Source of the DNA: an uncultured Enterobacteriaceae bacterium
GTDB taxonomy: Bacteria; Pseudomonadota; Gammaproteobacteria; Eutrophobiales; Eutrophobiaceae
Assembly (NCBI GenBank): GCA_964639535.1
Contig: CAZXDV010000001.1
Span: 1 to 40,925, forward strand
Direction: 5' to 3'
Length of the DNA: 40,925 bases
Shown: positions 10,032 to 18,442 of the stretch, piece by piece
How the letters are laid out: every line of letters starts with the position of its first letter
Numbering within the stretch: the first letter of the stretch is position 1
The notes under the pieces: generated by a model
What the model saw: only the letters and a program-made list of their open reading frames with translations
Databases searched by the model: none
What the model was told of the DNA's origin: nothing
Translations under genes and position numbers: made by a program

Positions 10032-10610
10032 TCACGCAGCCCTGAGATAAACCCTTCCATCCTTGCTTTCAAACTCGGGCACTATCCTCGTCTCACTGGA
10101 GATACCACTAATGCCCGCTACCACGACAAGGTCAAACGCACAGCCCGTCGTGGATAACACGAGCATGACTCGCCAGAGTTCACCCTCAAGGGTAAACGAA
10201 AAAATACCAAGCAATGGCGTCAGCACCAGCGCAGGCGCCAGCAAAAAAACAAGGTATCCAGCGATGGACATGTCCTGCCGGCAGGCGCAGTTTATGGCCA
10301 GGCTGGATTTGTCCACGCTGAAGCTGATATTGCAAAACCGCACCCCGACAAGCAGTGCCCCGAGTATGTGCAGGATCTCGTGAACAACGATGAGCGTGAT
10401 AAATCCGAGGCAGTAGGCCACCAGGCCGATAGCGTGCAAGGCCTGAAAGAACCCGAAGACACCGTAGTGAAGTATTCCCCACGCCAGGTACAGCGATGCA
10501 GGCAAGGTTAGAATAATCCAGTAAAGCCGGTTAAGGCAGGCTGCGTCCTGTTTCAGTTCAATTAATCCATCCATATCCTTTTGCCCGGTTTTTAGAGTTG
10601 GCACCTGCAC
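10032..10610 (-). CDS. Polytopic membrane protein with HExxH motif (DUF3267 / putative zincin-like); candidate microcin immunity or self-protection protein
   Basis: 192-aa ORF immediately downstream of the microcin precursor and co-directional with it. It has 4-5 hydrophobic segments, with HEILH embedded at a TM boundary (LIVVHEILHILGALLVG). The start is uncertain (GTG 10610 or ATG 10574) and neither has a clean SD. Confidence 0.6.
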   Translation of the reverse strand: MQVPTLKTGQKDMDGLIELKQDAACLNRLYWIILTLPASLYLAWGILHYGVFGFFQALHAIGLVAYCLGFITLIVVHEILHILGALLVGVRFCNISFSVDKSSLAINCACRQDMSIAGYLVFLLAPALVLTPLLGIFSFTLEGELWRVMLVLSTTGCAFDLVVVAGISGISSETRIVPEFESKDGRVYLRAA

Positions 10611-10668
10611 CAGGCATTAAAACCTGCTGCAGGTACCAGCGATTACCTGAAACCCGGTCTATCCTTGC

Positions 10669-10902
10669 TCAGGGAGTGCGATATCTGAGCTTGTTATATC
10701 CCTGGTAACCAAAGGTTCCAATCGCGTAGCCAACGCCAAAGGCGCTACCCAGGTAACCCAGGCCTGTAACCAGGCGCCCGGCTGCAGCGATATTTGTGGG
10801 ACTGAAAATACCACCTGCTCCGGTACCAAGGGATATTCCACCCGAGATATTTTCCAGTGTTGTTACATCCAGTTCTACTACATCAGCTTGTTCCAGTATC
10901 AT
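10669..10902 (-). CDS. Class II microcin / bacteriocin precursor with double-glycine leader
   Basis: 77 aa from ATG 10902, with AAGGAGAG SD 8 nt upstream. Leader MILEQADVVELDVTTLENISGG has hydrophobic residues at -4, -7, -12 and -15 and GG at -2/-1, which is the C39 peptidase consensus. The 55-aa core has 13 Gly, no Cys, no acidic residues and +4 charge (YNKLRYRTP tail). The gene sits next to a C39-ABC exporter and an HlyD protein. Confidence 0.85.
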   Translation of the reverse strand: MILEQADVVELDVTTLENISGGISLGTGAGGIFSPTNIAAAGRLVTGLGYLGSAFGVGYAIGTFGYQGYNKLRYRTP

Positions 10903-10946
10903 CACGATTTCTCTCCTTGAAAATGTGTAATGGTCGTGCAGGAATA

Positions 10947-10975
10947 ATTATCCTGTAGCGCATCAGCTTTGTCTT
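10947..10975 (-). promoter_or_regulatory. Putative sigma70-type promoter of the microcin precursor gene (-35 AAGACA, 17-nt spacer, -10 GATAAT), overlapped by a CAGGA-N7-TCCTG inverted repeat
   Basis: Read on the minus strand, GATAAT corresponds to 10947-10952 and AAGACA to 10970-10975. The inverted repeat at 10939-10955 overlaps the -10 element. This is sequence inspection only. Confidence 0.3.
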
Positions 10976-11427
10976 TGAGGATTCATGTCATACTTTCGGT
11001 GCTTTCCCGCCATGCTGCGCTTGTAGACCGAAAAACTAACGCCAGACCATTTTCTAAACGATTTGTAGAAATGCGATATATCGGAAAGACCCAGCAAGTG
11101 AGTCAGCATGGCGCCACAGCGGATACCCTGCTCCATGTAGGCATAGCAGCGCTGTTCCCTTTCCCTTGTCAGTAGCTGGTGAAATCCTGTCCCCTCGCGC
11201 CTGAGTTTCCTCGACAGGGTTCTTGAGCTCATGCATAAATGCCTGGCGACATTGACCAGCTGCAAGCCGGCAAGATCGTCCCTGCTTCGCAGGAAGCTTT
11301 CTACTTTTTCCGAGGTGGTGGATTCGGACCGGGCAAGCAGTTTGCGAATACTATCGAGTAAGTAGTGCAGGTCATTTCTTTCCAGCCCGCTTGATTTAAC
11401 CAGGTCTAGGATTTCGTTCCTGTCCAT
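10963..11427 (-). CDS. Small AraC/XylS-family transcriptional regulator (DNA-binding domain plus about 55-aa N-terminal extension)
   Basis: 154 aa with two HTH units (VNVARHLCMSSRTLSRKLRREG; LLGLSDISHFYKSFRKWSGVSFSVYKRS). The ATG at 11427 overlaps the ABC exporter stop by 22 nt. Confidence 0.85.
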   Translation of the reverse strand: MDRNEILDLVKSSGLERNDLHYLLDSIRKLLARSESTTSEKVESFLRSRDDLAGLQLVNVARHLCMSSRTLSRKLRREGTGFHQLLTREREQRCYAYMEQGIRCGAMLTHLLGLSDISHFYKSFRKWSGVSFSVYKRSMAGKHRKYDMNPQRQS

Positions 11428-13535
11428 GAACCAGGCCCTCCGGGTTTAAGTTGTGCGTTCTCCAGTCTCAGTATTCGATCCGCGAACTGAGTCCCGGGTG
11501 GCCTGTGTGCGATGCTTATTCTCGTCATCTCCAGGCTGGACAGGGACTCATATAACTTATCCTCCGTGCCGGCATCAAGATGGGCTGTACCTTCATCGAT
11601 AAATAACACCGATGGTTCCCTGTATATTGCACGGGCCAGGATGATCCGTTGTTTTTGTCCGGCGGAGAGCGCAGCCCCCAGGTCTCCCAGCTGGCTTTCA
11701 TATCCCATGGGCATCTGCTGTACCAGTTCATCGATGATCGCCAGTCGTGCTGCCCTTCGTACTCGTTCCATGTCAAGGTGATCGGAAAACTGGGCGATGT
11801 TCTCGGCAATAGAACCCTGGAAAAGCGTATCTTCCTGCATCACTACGCCAATCTGCCTGCGATACCTGGTTAGACCATAGTTAAAAATACTGGCACCACC
11901 GAAACAGACCTGGCCACTGTCCGCTGGCTGAAGGCCGGGACTGATTTTCAGTAAAGTTGTCTTGCCTGAACCTGAAGCCCCGGTGATGACAACTGACTCC
12001 CCGTTTTTTATGCAGATATCAAGTTTATGCAGAAGCGGTGTCACGCTCGATCCATAGCGAAAACTGACATCGTGTAGTGTCAGGTCTGCCCCCGCTTTTT
12101 CTGGCCCTGTTGAAACTATTGCTGAACGATTCTCAGGGGTATGCGTAGTGATGTCCGCAACCCTGGAAAGGTGGAGATCCAGTAAGCGATATTCCAGGTA
12201 CTTGTCGATAAAACCAACGGCATTTTCCGTGAAGTGGCGCTTGTAAGCCATGAATGCAAATATCATCCCTACAGTAAACTCACCTGCCATTGCCATCTTT
12301 ATGCACAGGTATACAAGCAATACGTGTTCTGTCGTAGCAATTAGCCCATTGATACTTTCAAACCAGATATTACATCGCTGACTCCTCGCACGTGCATTAA
12401 CAACATCTGTATAACGGTGCTGCCACAGAACCTGCCTGTGAGATTCTCCTGCAAGTGATTTTATGCTTGATATTCCTCTCAAGGTTTCAATAAAAACCGA
12501 GTTTTCCCTGGCCAGGCTTTGAACCACCTCCTGCTGAGCGTGATAATAAGGCCGATAGAAGATCGTTCGCAGAACGAGATAGGATAGCCAGCATGCAATA
12601 ACAATGAGCGTTAGTATGGGACTGTATATAAACATCATTACCAGGGTGCTCAAGGTCATAAGACCATCAATGAATGCCGCGATCACCCCCTCGGAGAGCA
12701 TTGCAAGTGGCGGTTCAATCGAATTAAAGCGGGAAATGATGTCGCCCGTGTGTCTTTTTTCGAAAAAAGACAGGGGCAGAGATATTAAGTGCCTGAATAT
12801 ATTGCAGGCCACCCGGTAACCCAGCATGCTTGAAAAATAAAGGATGATGTAAGACCGTAGTGCCTGCACCAGGAACTGGATCAATCCAAGACCGGCAAAG
12901 CCCAGTGCCAGCACCAGCAAAAACTCCCTGTCAAACCTGAGCAGTGCTTCATCAACGGCTAATTGCAGGTAAAAGGGACTGGCCAGCAACAATAATTGCA
13001 GGACTAAAGAAAGCATCAACACCTGCAGCAGGGTAAAAGCAGTACCGGGAAAGTTTCCGCAGAGCTCCATTAAACTCAGCCTGTTTCTTTCTTCTTTACG
13101 TTGAAATTCCGGGCTCGGTCGTAATTCCAGCACCACCCCGGTAAAGTGCTCGGAAAACTCTTCACGCTGCACGGTTCTCTCTCCGCTGGCCGGGTCCAGC
13201 AGTGAATATCTTTTGCCCCTGATACCTTGCAGGACAACAAAGTGATTGAAGTCCCAGTGAATGATTGCTGGCAGTTCCACCTTTGACAGTGCCGTCAACG
13301 ACACGCTTAAAGGCCGCGAAGAAAGCTCCAGCCTGTCTGCAACATCAACCAGCCCTTTCAACGTTAATACACCGGAGCCCGTTGCGTAACTGCCCGCAAG
13401 AGTGGCAATATCAATTTTATGGCCATAATACCCTGACACCATTGCAAGGCAGGCCAGTCCACATTCAGAGATTTCATTTTGCAATACAAGGGGAACTTTT
13501 TTGACCCCAAGGATGTTTAGCGGGCTACCATTCAT
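11406..13535 (-). CDS. Peptidase C39 domain-containing bacteriocin/microcin ABC exporter (CvaB-like)
   Basis: The N-terminal C39 domain has a catalytic Cys in QNEISECGLACLAMV and His in IIHWDFNHFVVL, a block closely parallel to E. coli CvaB. It also has six-TM ABC_membrane, Walker A GASGSGKTT, signature LSAGQKQR and Walker B VLFIDEGTAHLD. ATG 13535 forms an ATGA overlap with the HlyD stop. The track start at 13574 is an alternative. Confidence 0.92.
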   Translation of the reverse strand: MNGSPLNILGVKKVPLVLQNEISECGLACLAMVSGYYGHKIDIATLAGSYATGSGVLTLKGLVDVADRLELSSRPLSVSLTALSKVELPAIIHWDFNHFVVLQGIRGKRYSLLDPASGERTVQREEFSEHFTGVVLELRPSPEFQRKEERNRLSLMELCGNFPGTAFTLLQVLMLSLVLQLLLLASPFYLQLAVDEALLRFDREFLLVLALGFAGLGLIQFLVQALRSYIILYFSSMLGYRVACNIFRHLISLPLSFFEKRHTGDIISRFNSIEPPLAMLSEGVIAAFIDGLMTLSTLVMMFIYSPILTLIVIACWLSYLVLRTIFYRPYYHAQQEVVQSLARENSVFIETLRGISSIKSLAGESHRQVLWQHRYTDVVNARARSQRCNIWFESINGLIATTEHVLLVYLCIKMAMAGEFTVGMIFAFMAYKRHFTENAVGFIDKYLEYRLLDLHLSRVADITTHTPENRSAIVSTGPEKAGADLTLHDVSFRYGSSVTPLLHKLDICIKNGESVVITGASGSGKTTLLKISPGLQPADSGQVCFGGASIFNYGLTRYRRQIGVVMQEDTLFQGSIAENIAQFSDHLDMERVRRAARLAIIDELVQQMPMGYESQLGDLGAALSAGQKQRIILARAIYREPSVLFIDEGTAHLDAGTEDKLYESLSSLEMTRISIAHRPPGTQFADRILRLENAQLKPGGPGSWTGTKS

Positions 13536-14770
13536 GAGCGTCGCCCTATGGAGTAAAGGGGGGACATTAACCATTGCATGAAACTACGCCGTTCCAGGAT
13601 GATGTTTCCTGTCAGGGTCATCCCGGTTTGTAGTTTTATGTATTTTGAATGGGCGTTTACATGCTGCGAAGAGAGTCTTGCCCTGACTACGTAGACGGGT
13701 TCACCTATGCCGGGAGCCAGGGGTAACTCTCCCGGTTGAAAAATACCCGCGCTTATCCTGTTAATCCTGGCAGGATAGGAACCATAGAGCCTGTAAGGAA
13801 ATGCGTCGTACTGCAGACGCACTTCCTGCCCCAGGTTTACGAAACCCACCGCCCGGCTGGGCACGAAAAGCTCTGCAACAAGTTCATTTTGCTGAGGTGA
13901 GATGGACATCAGTACTTCTGCAGCTGTAACAGAGTGTCCTTTACCGGGGTGCTTAATTGCAATGATCTCACCGTCCACGGGAGACAGGATGGAAGTAGCA
14001 CTGCGGCTATCCAGCTCCGCGCGATGACTTTCTAACCTGGATTTTTTTTCACGCAGCTGCGCCAGCCGCTCAGCACTGCGTATCGCCAGTTTCCTGCGAT
14101 GACTTTGCAAGCTACCCAGTTTGCTCTTGCTGAGGATACGCTGCTTGTCGGAAAGTGATTTCCGTGCTAACTCGCGTAACCAGCCCTGCTCTTCTTCCTG
14201 GAGTTTTGTATCACTTATGAAGCCCTGTTTATTAAGGCTTAACTTCTTTTTGTAGTTCTCTTCCAGGGATGCCAATAATCGTTGCTCATGCACCGCGTGA
14301 GCCTCGAGCGCCTCCAGTTCCATCCCGAGATCTTTAATTTCCTGCTCTACCTGCCTGGACTCGTATTCAAATTGCCTCTTTTCAAGCTCTACCTGCCTGC
14401 CCACCTCCATTTCCTGGGCCAGCAGTGACTGCAACATCTTTGTATTGGCCGATTCGCCCTTGCTGTTTGCCAGGTGGGATTGTACCAGCGCGAGCACCTG
14501 TCCCTTTTTAACTCGTTCTCCCTGCACAACTGCAAGTGATGCGAGTGTGCCGGTCAGGCTGCTACGGATCTTGATGACACCGCTTTCGGGAACCACATGC
14601 CCCCTGACCATTTCGCTGCGGGCGTAACTTCCCATGACCAGCAGCGCAACAATGATCGCGAAAATTGTGGTGAGTAAATAACCAAATAAATGGAGAGCCA
14701 CGGGCTGAGGAAAAAACACTCGGCCCTGCAATCCATGCTTTTTGGCTGATATCGCTTCCTTGCGAAACAT
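13532..14770 (-). CDS. HlyD-family membrane fusion protein of the microcin exporter (CvaA-like)
   Basis: 412 aa. The N-terminus MFRKEAISAKKHGLQGRV.. followed by a single TM parallels CvaA (MFRQDALENRK..WQGR). It has a long coiled-coil segment, then a beta-barrel/lipoyl-like region. An AAGGA SD lies 8 nt upstream of the ATG. Confidence 0.9.
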   Translation of the reverse strand: MFRKEAISAKKHGLQGRVFFPQPVALHLFGYLLTTIFAIIVALLVMGSYARSEMVRGHVVPESGVIKIRSSLTGTLASLAVVQGERVKKGQVLALVQSHLANSKGESANTKMLQSLLAQEMEVGRQVELEKRQFEYESRQVEQEIKDLGMELEALEAHAVHEQRLLASLEENYKKKLSLNKQGFISDTKLQEEEQGWLRELARKSLSDKQRILSKSKLGSLQSHRRKLAIRSAERLAQLREKKSRLESHRAELDSRSATSILSPVDGEIIAIKHPGKGHSVTAAEVLMSISPQQNELVAELFVPSRAVGFVNLGQEVRLQYDAFPYRLYGSYPARINRISAGIFQPGELPLAPGIGEPVYVVRARLSSQHVNAHSKYIKLQTGMTLTGNIILERRSFMQWLMSPLYSIGRRS

Positions 14771-15025
14771 CAGGCTCGTCCTTGAATTGTGGAGTGATTA
14801 TGCTAGCACATTATCCTTTCGCCAGAAAAGCTGCCATGGGTAACAGGTCTTTTTTGAATGCCATGAAAGGAGCCAAGGTCGAGGAAAGGAGTTTCTTTAG
14901 GAGGAGGCCTTCAGCCGAACACCAAGAAACCCGCTTGGTCCAGGTGTGTAACTCTCCCGTCCCCTGGCTTAACTCCTTTCATGACACTCAAAAAATAATG
15001 CACTGCGCATTCAATTATAGCAGTT

Positions 15026-17944
15026 CTAGCGAGCCTGGCCGTGTGAATTTTCCTGGTAATCTTCAAGTGGCACACAGGCACAGAATAACTGCTTGTCCCC
15101 CCTGGCATTATCGATCCTGCCCACCGGGGGCCAGTACTTGTCATCCCTTATGTTGTCCATGGGGTAGAACGCTTCACGTTTCGTATAGGGCTTTGACCAC
15201 GAATCTTCCAGTAGCAGTCGATGCGTGTGAGGTGCATTGGTCAGCAGGTTGTTAACCGGGTCTGCCCTGCCTTCCTGCACTTCCCTGATTTCATTCCTGA
15301 TAGATATCATCGCATCACAAAAACGATCAAGCTCACGCCTGTTTTCGCTCTCGGTTGGCTCGATCATCAGCGTATCGGCAACTGGAAAAGACATCGTGGG
15401 CGCATGGAAACCGTAGTCAATGAGACGCTTGGCAACATCATCCACGCTTATTCCACAGGATTCCTTTATATCTCTCAGGTCAATAATGCATTCGTGTGCC
15501 ACCATGTCGTTTTTACCCGTGTAGAGCACGGGATAATGTGCCGAGAGTCGCCGGGCGATGTAATTTGCACTGAGTATCGCAACCATCGTTGCCCGGCGCA
15601 GGCCGTGCGCACCCATCATGGCTATATAGGCCCAGGAAATACTGAGAATGCTGGCTGAGCCCCACGGAGCGGAAGCTATGGTGCCTATGGTACCGTCCTT
15701 TCCCGCTGCCGGGTTGACCCCTTCCACCAGCGGATGGTCAGGTAAATATGGCGCAAGATGCATTTTAACGCCGATTGGCCCCATACCGGGCCCACCACCA
15801 CCGTGCGGAATACTGAAAGTCTTGTGCAGGTTTATGTGCATTACGTCCGCACCAATTTCCGCCGGGCGGCTGATACCAACCAGGGCGTTCATGTTCGCAC
15901 CATCCATGTAAACCTGTCCGCCATGCTCATGAACAACTTCGCATATCTCGCAAATAGCTTCCTCGTAAACACCATGGGTGGAGGGATAAGTGATCATCAG
16001 GGCTGATAGTGATACCGCGTGTTTCTCGGCCTTTGTGCGGAGATCGGCCAGGTCGACGTTGCCATTTTCGTCGCAGGCAATGATCACCACCTTCATGCCG
16101 GCCATGACTGCACTGGCAGGGTTGGTCCCATGGGCCGAGGCGGGAATAAGGCATATATTACGATGCCCTTCTGCGTTCACTTCCTGGAACTTCCTGATCA
16201 CCAGCAGCCCGGCATACTCTCCCTGCGAACCGGCGTTAGGTTGCAGTGAAAAAGCCGAAAACCCGGTCAGGTCACACAGCATATCCTCAAGTTCCTCGAA
16301 CATCTGCTGGTAACCCTGGCACTGCTCCAGTGGAGCAAAGGGATGCATCGAGCTGAATTCCCGGTAAGAAAGGGCCTGTAGCTCCGTCGCTGCATTTAAT
16401 TTCATGGTACAGGAGCCAAGTGGAATCATGGCACGATCAAGAGCGATATCCCTGCGTGCCAGCCAACGCATGTAACGCATCATTTCTGTTTCACTGTGGT
16501 AAAGCTCAAATACCGGGTGAGTAAGGATCTCGTCCTGGCGTAGCATGGCTTGCGGAATATTTTCTTCTACCAGCTCATCCAGCTGTTCTACATCGGGAAG
16601 TCCGTCAGCACCCGCGGAGAATGCAGCCCAGACCTTGCGTATTTCTTTCACGGTCGTGGTTTCATCGAGGCTGATACCGAGCGTATCCGCATCGACCACG
16701 CGCAGGTTAATACGAGATTCCCGCGCCTTTGCAGCGATACGCCGGGCACGGCTTGTGGCGGTAACCGTAAGCGTGTCAAAAAAGCACTGGTGTACCAGCT
16801 GAAATCCCATCTGCTGAAGACCAAGGCCAAGAACCTGGGCCAGGCGATGGACTCGCCCGGCAATCAATCCCAGGCCCCGTGGCCCGTGATATATTGCATA
16901 GAAACCCGCAATCACCGCCAGCAGCACCTGGGACGTACAGATATTACTGGTCGCCTTTTCACGGCGTATATGCTGCTCCCTGGTCTGCAGCGCCATGCGC
17001 AGGGCAACTTCGCCATTGTTGTCCGCTGATACACCGATTACGCGTCCCGGCATTGAGCGAACATACTTTTCCCGGGTTGCAAAAAATGCCGCATGCGGGC
17101 CGCCATATCCCATGGAAACGCCAAAACGTTGACTACTGCCAACAACGATGTCAGCGCCCATTTGTCCCGGCGACTTCAGCAGGACAAGTGCGAGGATATC
17201 TGCCGCTACAGTGACTATGCTGCCAGTCTCTTTTGCCGCGGCTATTATCCCGTCAAGATTCCTGACAGAACCACTACTCCCTGGATATTGCAGGAGAACA
17301 CCAAACACATCATCGAGATTGTACTGCCCAAGAGGGTCTCCCACGATGACCTCGTAGCCAAAATATTTAGCCCGGGTTTTAACCACCGCGATGGTTTGGG
17401 GATGACAGTCATGGTCGACGAAAAAGCAGTTACCGTGATTCTTGCCCACACGCCTGGACATGCTCATGGCCTCGGCCGCTGCTGTTCCCTCGTCAAGTAA
17501 CGAAGCATTGGCGATCTCCATGCCGGTGAGATCAATGACCATTTGTTGAAAATTAAGCAGGGCTTCAAGTCGACCCTGGCTGATTTCCGCCTGGTATGGC
17601 GTATATGCCGTGTACCAGGCGGGATTCTCCAGTACGTTTCGCTTGATAACGGCGGGCATGATGGTGCCGTAATAGCCCATGCCGATCATGGAGGTGTATA
17701 CACGGTTCCTCTCGCGCATTTTACGCAGGCGAGTAATTACCTCTCGTTCGCTAATGGTGTGGGTGAGTGACAGGTTCTTTTTTGCAAGGATGCTGCCGGG
17801 CACTGCCCTGTCGATGATGGCGTCCAGCGAGGCGAGCTCCAGATCATCAACCATGCTGCCAATTTGATGACGATCCGGCCCAATATGCCGACGAATAAAG
17901 TCCCCTCGCATTTCCAACTCTGCGAGTGTGTGTTTTCTCTTCAC
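15026..17944 (-). CDS. gcvP: Glycine dehydrogenase (decarboxylating), glycine cleavage P protein
   Basis: A single-chain P protein of about 970 aa. The N-terminus ..[19 protein letters not shown] parallels E. coli TLSQLENSGAFIERHIGP, and the PLP region [16 protein letters not shown] is present. The track ORF starts at TTG 17989. GTG 17944 is preceded by GGAGAGG and is my preferred start, but the start remains uncertain. Confidence 0.93.
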   Translation of the reverse strand: MKRKHTLAELEMRGDFIRRHIGPDRHQIGSMVDDLELASLDAIIDRAVPGSILAKKNLSLTHTISEREVITRLRKMRERNRVYTSMIGMGYYGTIMPAVIKRNVLENPAWYTAYTPYQAEISQGRLEALLNFQQMVIDLTGMEIANASLLDEGTAAAEAMSMSRRVGKNHGNCFFVDHDCHPQTIAVVKTRAKYFGYEVIVGDPLGQYNLDDVFGVLLQYPGSSGSVRNLDGIIAAAKETGSIVTVAADILALVLLKSPGQMGADIVVGSSQRFGVSMGYGGPHAAFFATREKYVRSMPGRVIGVSADNNGEVALRMALQTREQHIRREKATSNICTSQVLLAVIAGFYAIYHGPRGLGLIAGRVHRLAQVLGLGLQQMGFQLVHQCFFDTLTVTATSRARRIAAKARESRINLRVVDADTLGISLDETTTVKEIRKVWAAFSAGADGLPDVEQLDELVEENIPQAMLRQDEILTHPVFELYHSETEMMRYMRWLARRDIALDRAMIPLGSCTMKLNAATELQALSYREFSSMHPFAPLEQCQGYQQMFEELEDMLCDLTGFSAFSLQPNAGSQGEYAGLLVIRKFQEVNAEGHRNICLIPASAHGTNPASAVMAGMKVVIIACDENGNVDLADLRTKAEKHAVSLSALMITYPSTHGVYEEAICEICEVVHEHGGQVYMDGANMNALVGISRPAEIGADVMHINLHKTFSIPHGGGGPGMGPIGVKMHLAPYLPDHPLVEGVNPAAGKDGTIGTIASAPWGSASILSISWAYIAMMGAHGLRRATMVAILSANYIARRLSAHYPVLYTGKNDMVAHECIIDLRDIKESCGISVDDVAKRLIDYGFHAPTMSFPVADTLMIEPTESENRRELDRFCDAMISIRNEIREVQEGRADPVNNLLTNAPHTHRLLLEDSWSKPYTKREAFYPMDNIRDDKYWPPVGRIDNARGDKQLFCACVPLEDYQENSHGQAR

Positions 17945-18047
17945 CAGGTCTGACCTCTCCAGCTCATGGTAAATGTTGCCCCTGTTCAAGGAGCGGTAAA
18001 TTGTCAGTCGCGCACCTGCATGCGCGACACTCGTTCGTACTACACGC

Positions 18048-18425
18048 CTAGAGCGATTTTACAAACTCTGCGTATGCATCTTCATCCATCAGGGCGTCCA
18101 GCTCAGCCGCGTCGTCAATAGTCATGGTGAAAAACCATCCGTCGTCCAGTGGAGAGCTATTGACCAGTTCAGGCTCATCGCCCAGGCGTTCATTGACCGA
18201 AGTAATTTCACCTGTCACCGGTGCTTTCACCTCGCCTGCTGCCTTGACAGATTCCACCACGGCCGCCTCGTCACCTGAACTCACCCGGCTACCGGGCTCG
18301 GGTAATTCCACGTATACCACGTCACCAAGCTGTTCCTGCGCATAATCTGTAATACCTACCCTGACACTTCCATCTTCCTGCAGTCGCAGCCACTCGTGTT
18401 CTTCTGTAAGTCTTAAATCACTCAT
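18048..18425 (-). CDS. gcvH: Glycine cleavage system H protein
   Basis: Lipoyl-lysine motif [10 protein letters not shown] and N-terminal YTEEHEW-like [10 protein letters not shown] are present. ATG 18425 has a GGAG SD. The track start at GTG 18446 would overlap the gcvT stop. Confidence 0.93.
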   Translation of the reverse strand: MSDLRLTEEHEWLRLQEDGSVRVGITDYAQEQLGDVVYVELPEPGSRVSSGDEAAVVESVKAAGEVKAPVTGEITSVNERLGDEPELVNSSPLDDGWFFTMTIDDAAELDALMDEDAYAEFVKSL

Positions 18426-18442
18426 ACCTTTTAACTCCGCTG

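Noticed and set aside
10659-10841. 60-aa ORF overlapping the microcin precursor in another frame
   Set aside because: It is on the same strand but in a different frame from an ORF that has a strong SD and a textbook GG leader. It has no SD and a Pro/Trp-rich, low-complexity translation.
14782-15255. 157-aa plus-strand ORF spanning the cvaA-gcvP spacer and the 3' end of gcvP
   Set aside because: It overlaps the well-supported gcvP gene on the opposite strand and has no recognisable motifs or SD. It looks like a shadow ORF. The 77-aa minus-strand ORF at 14911-15144 is out of frame within gcvP for the same reason.
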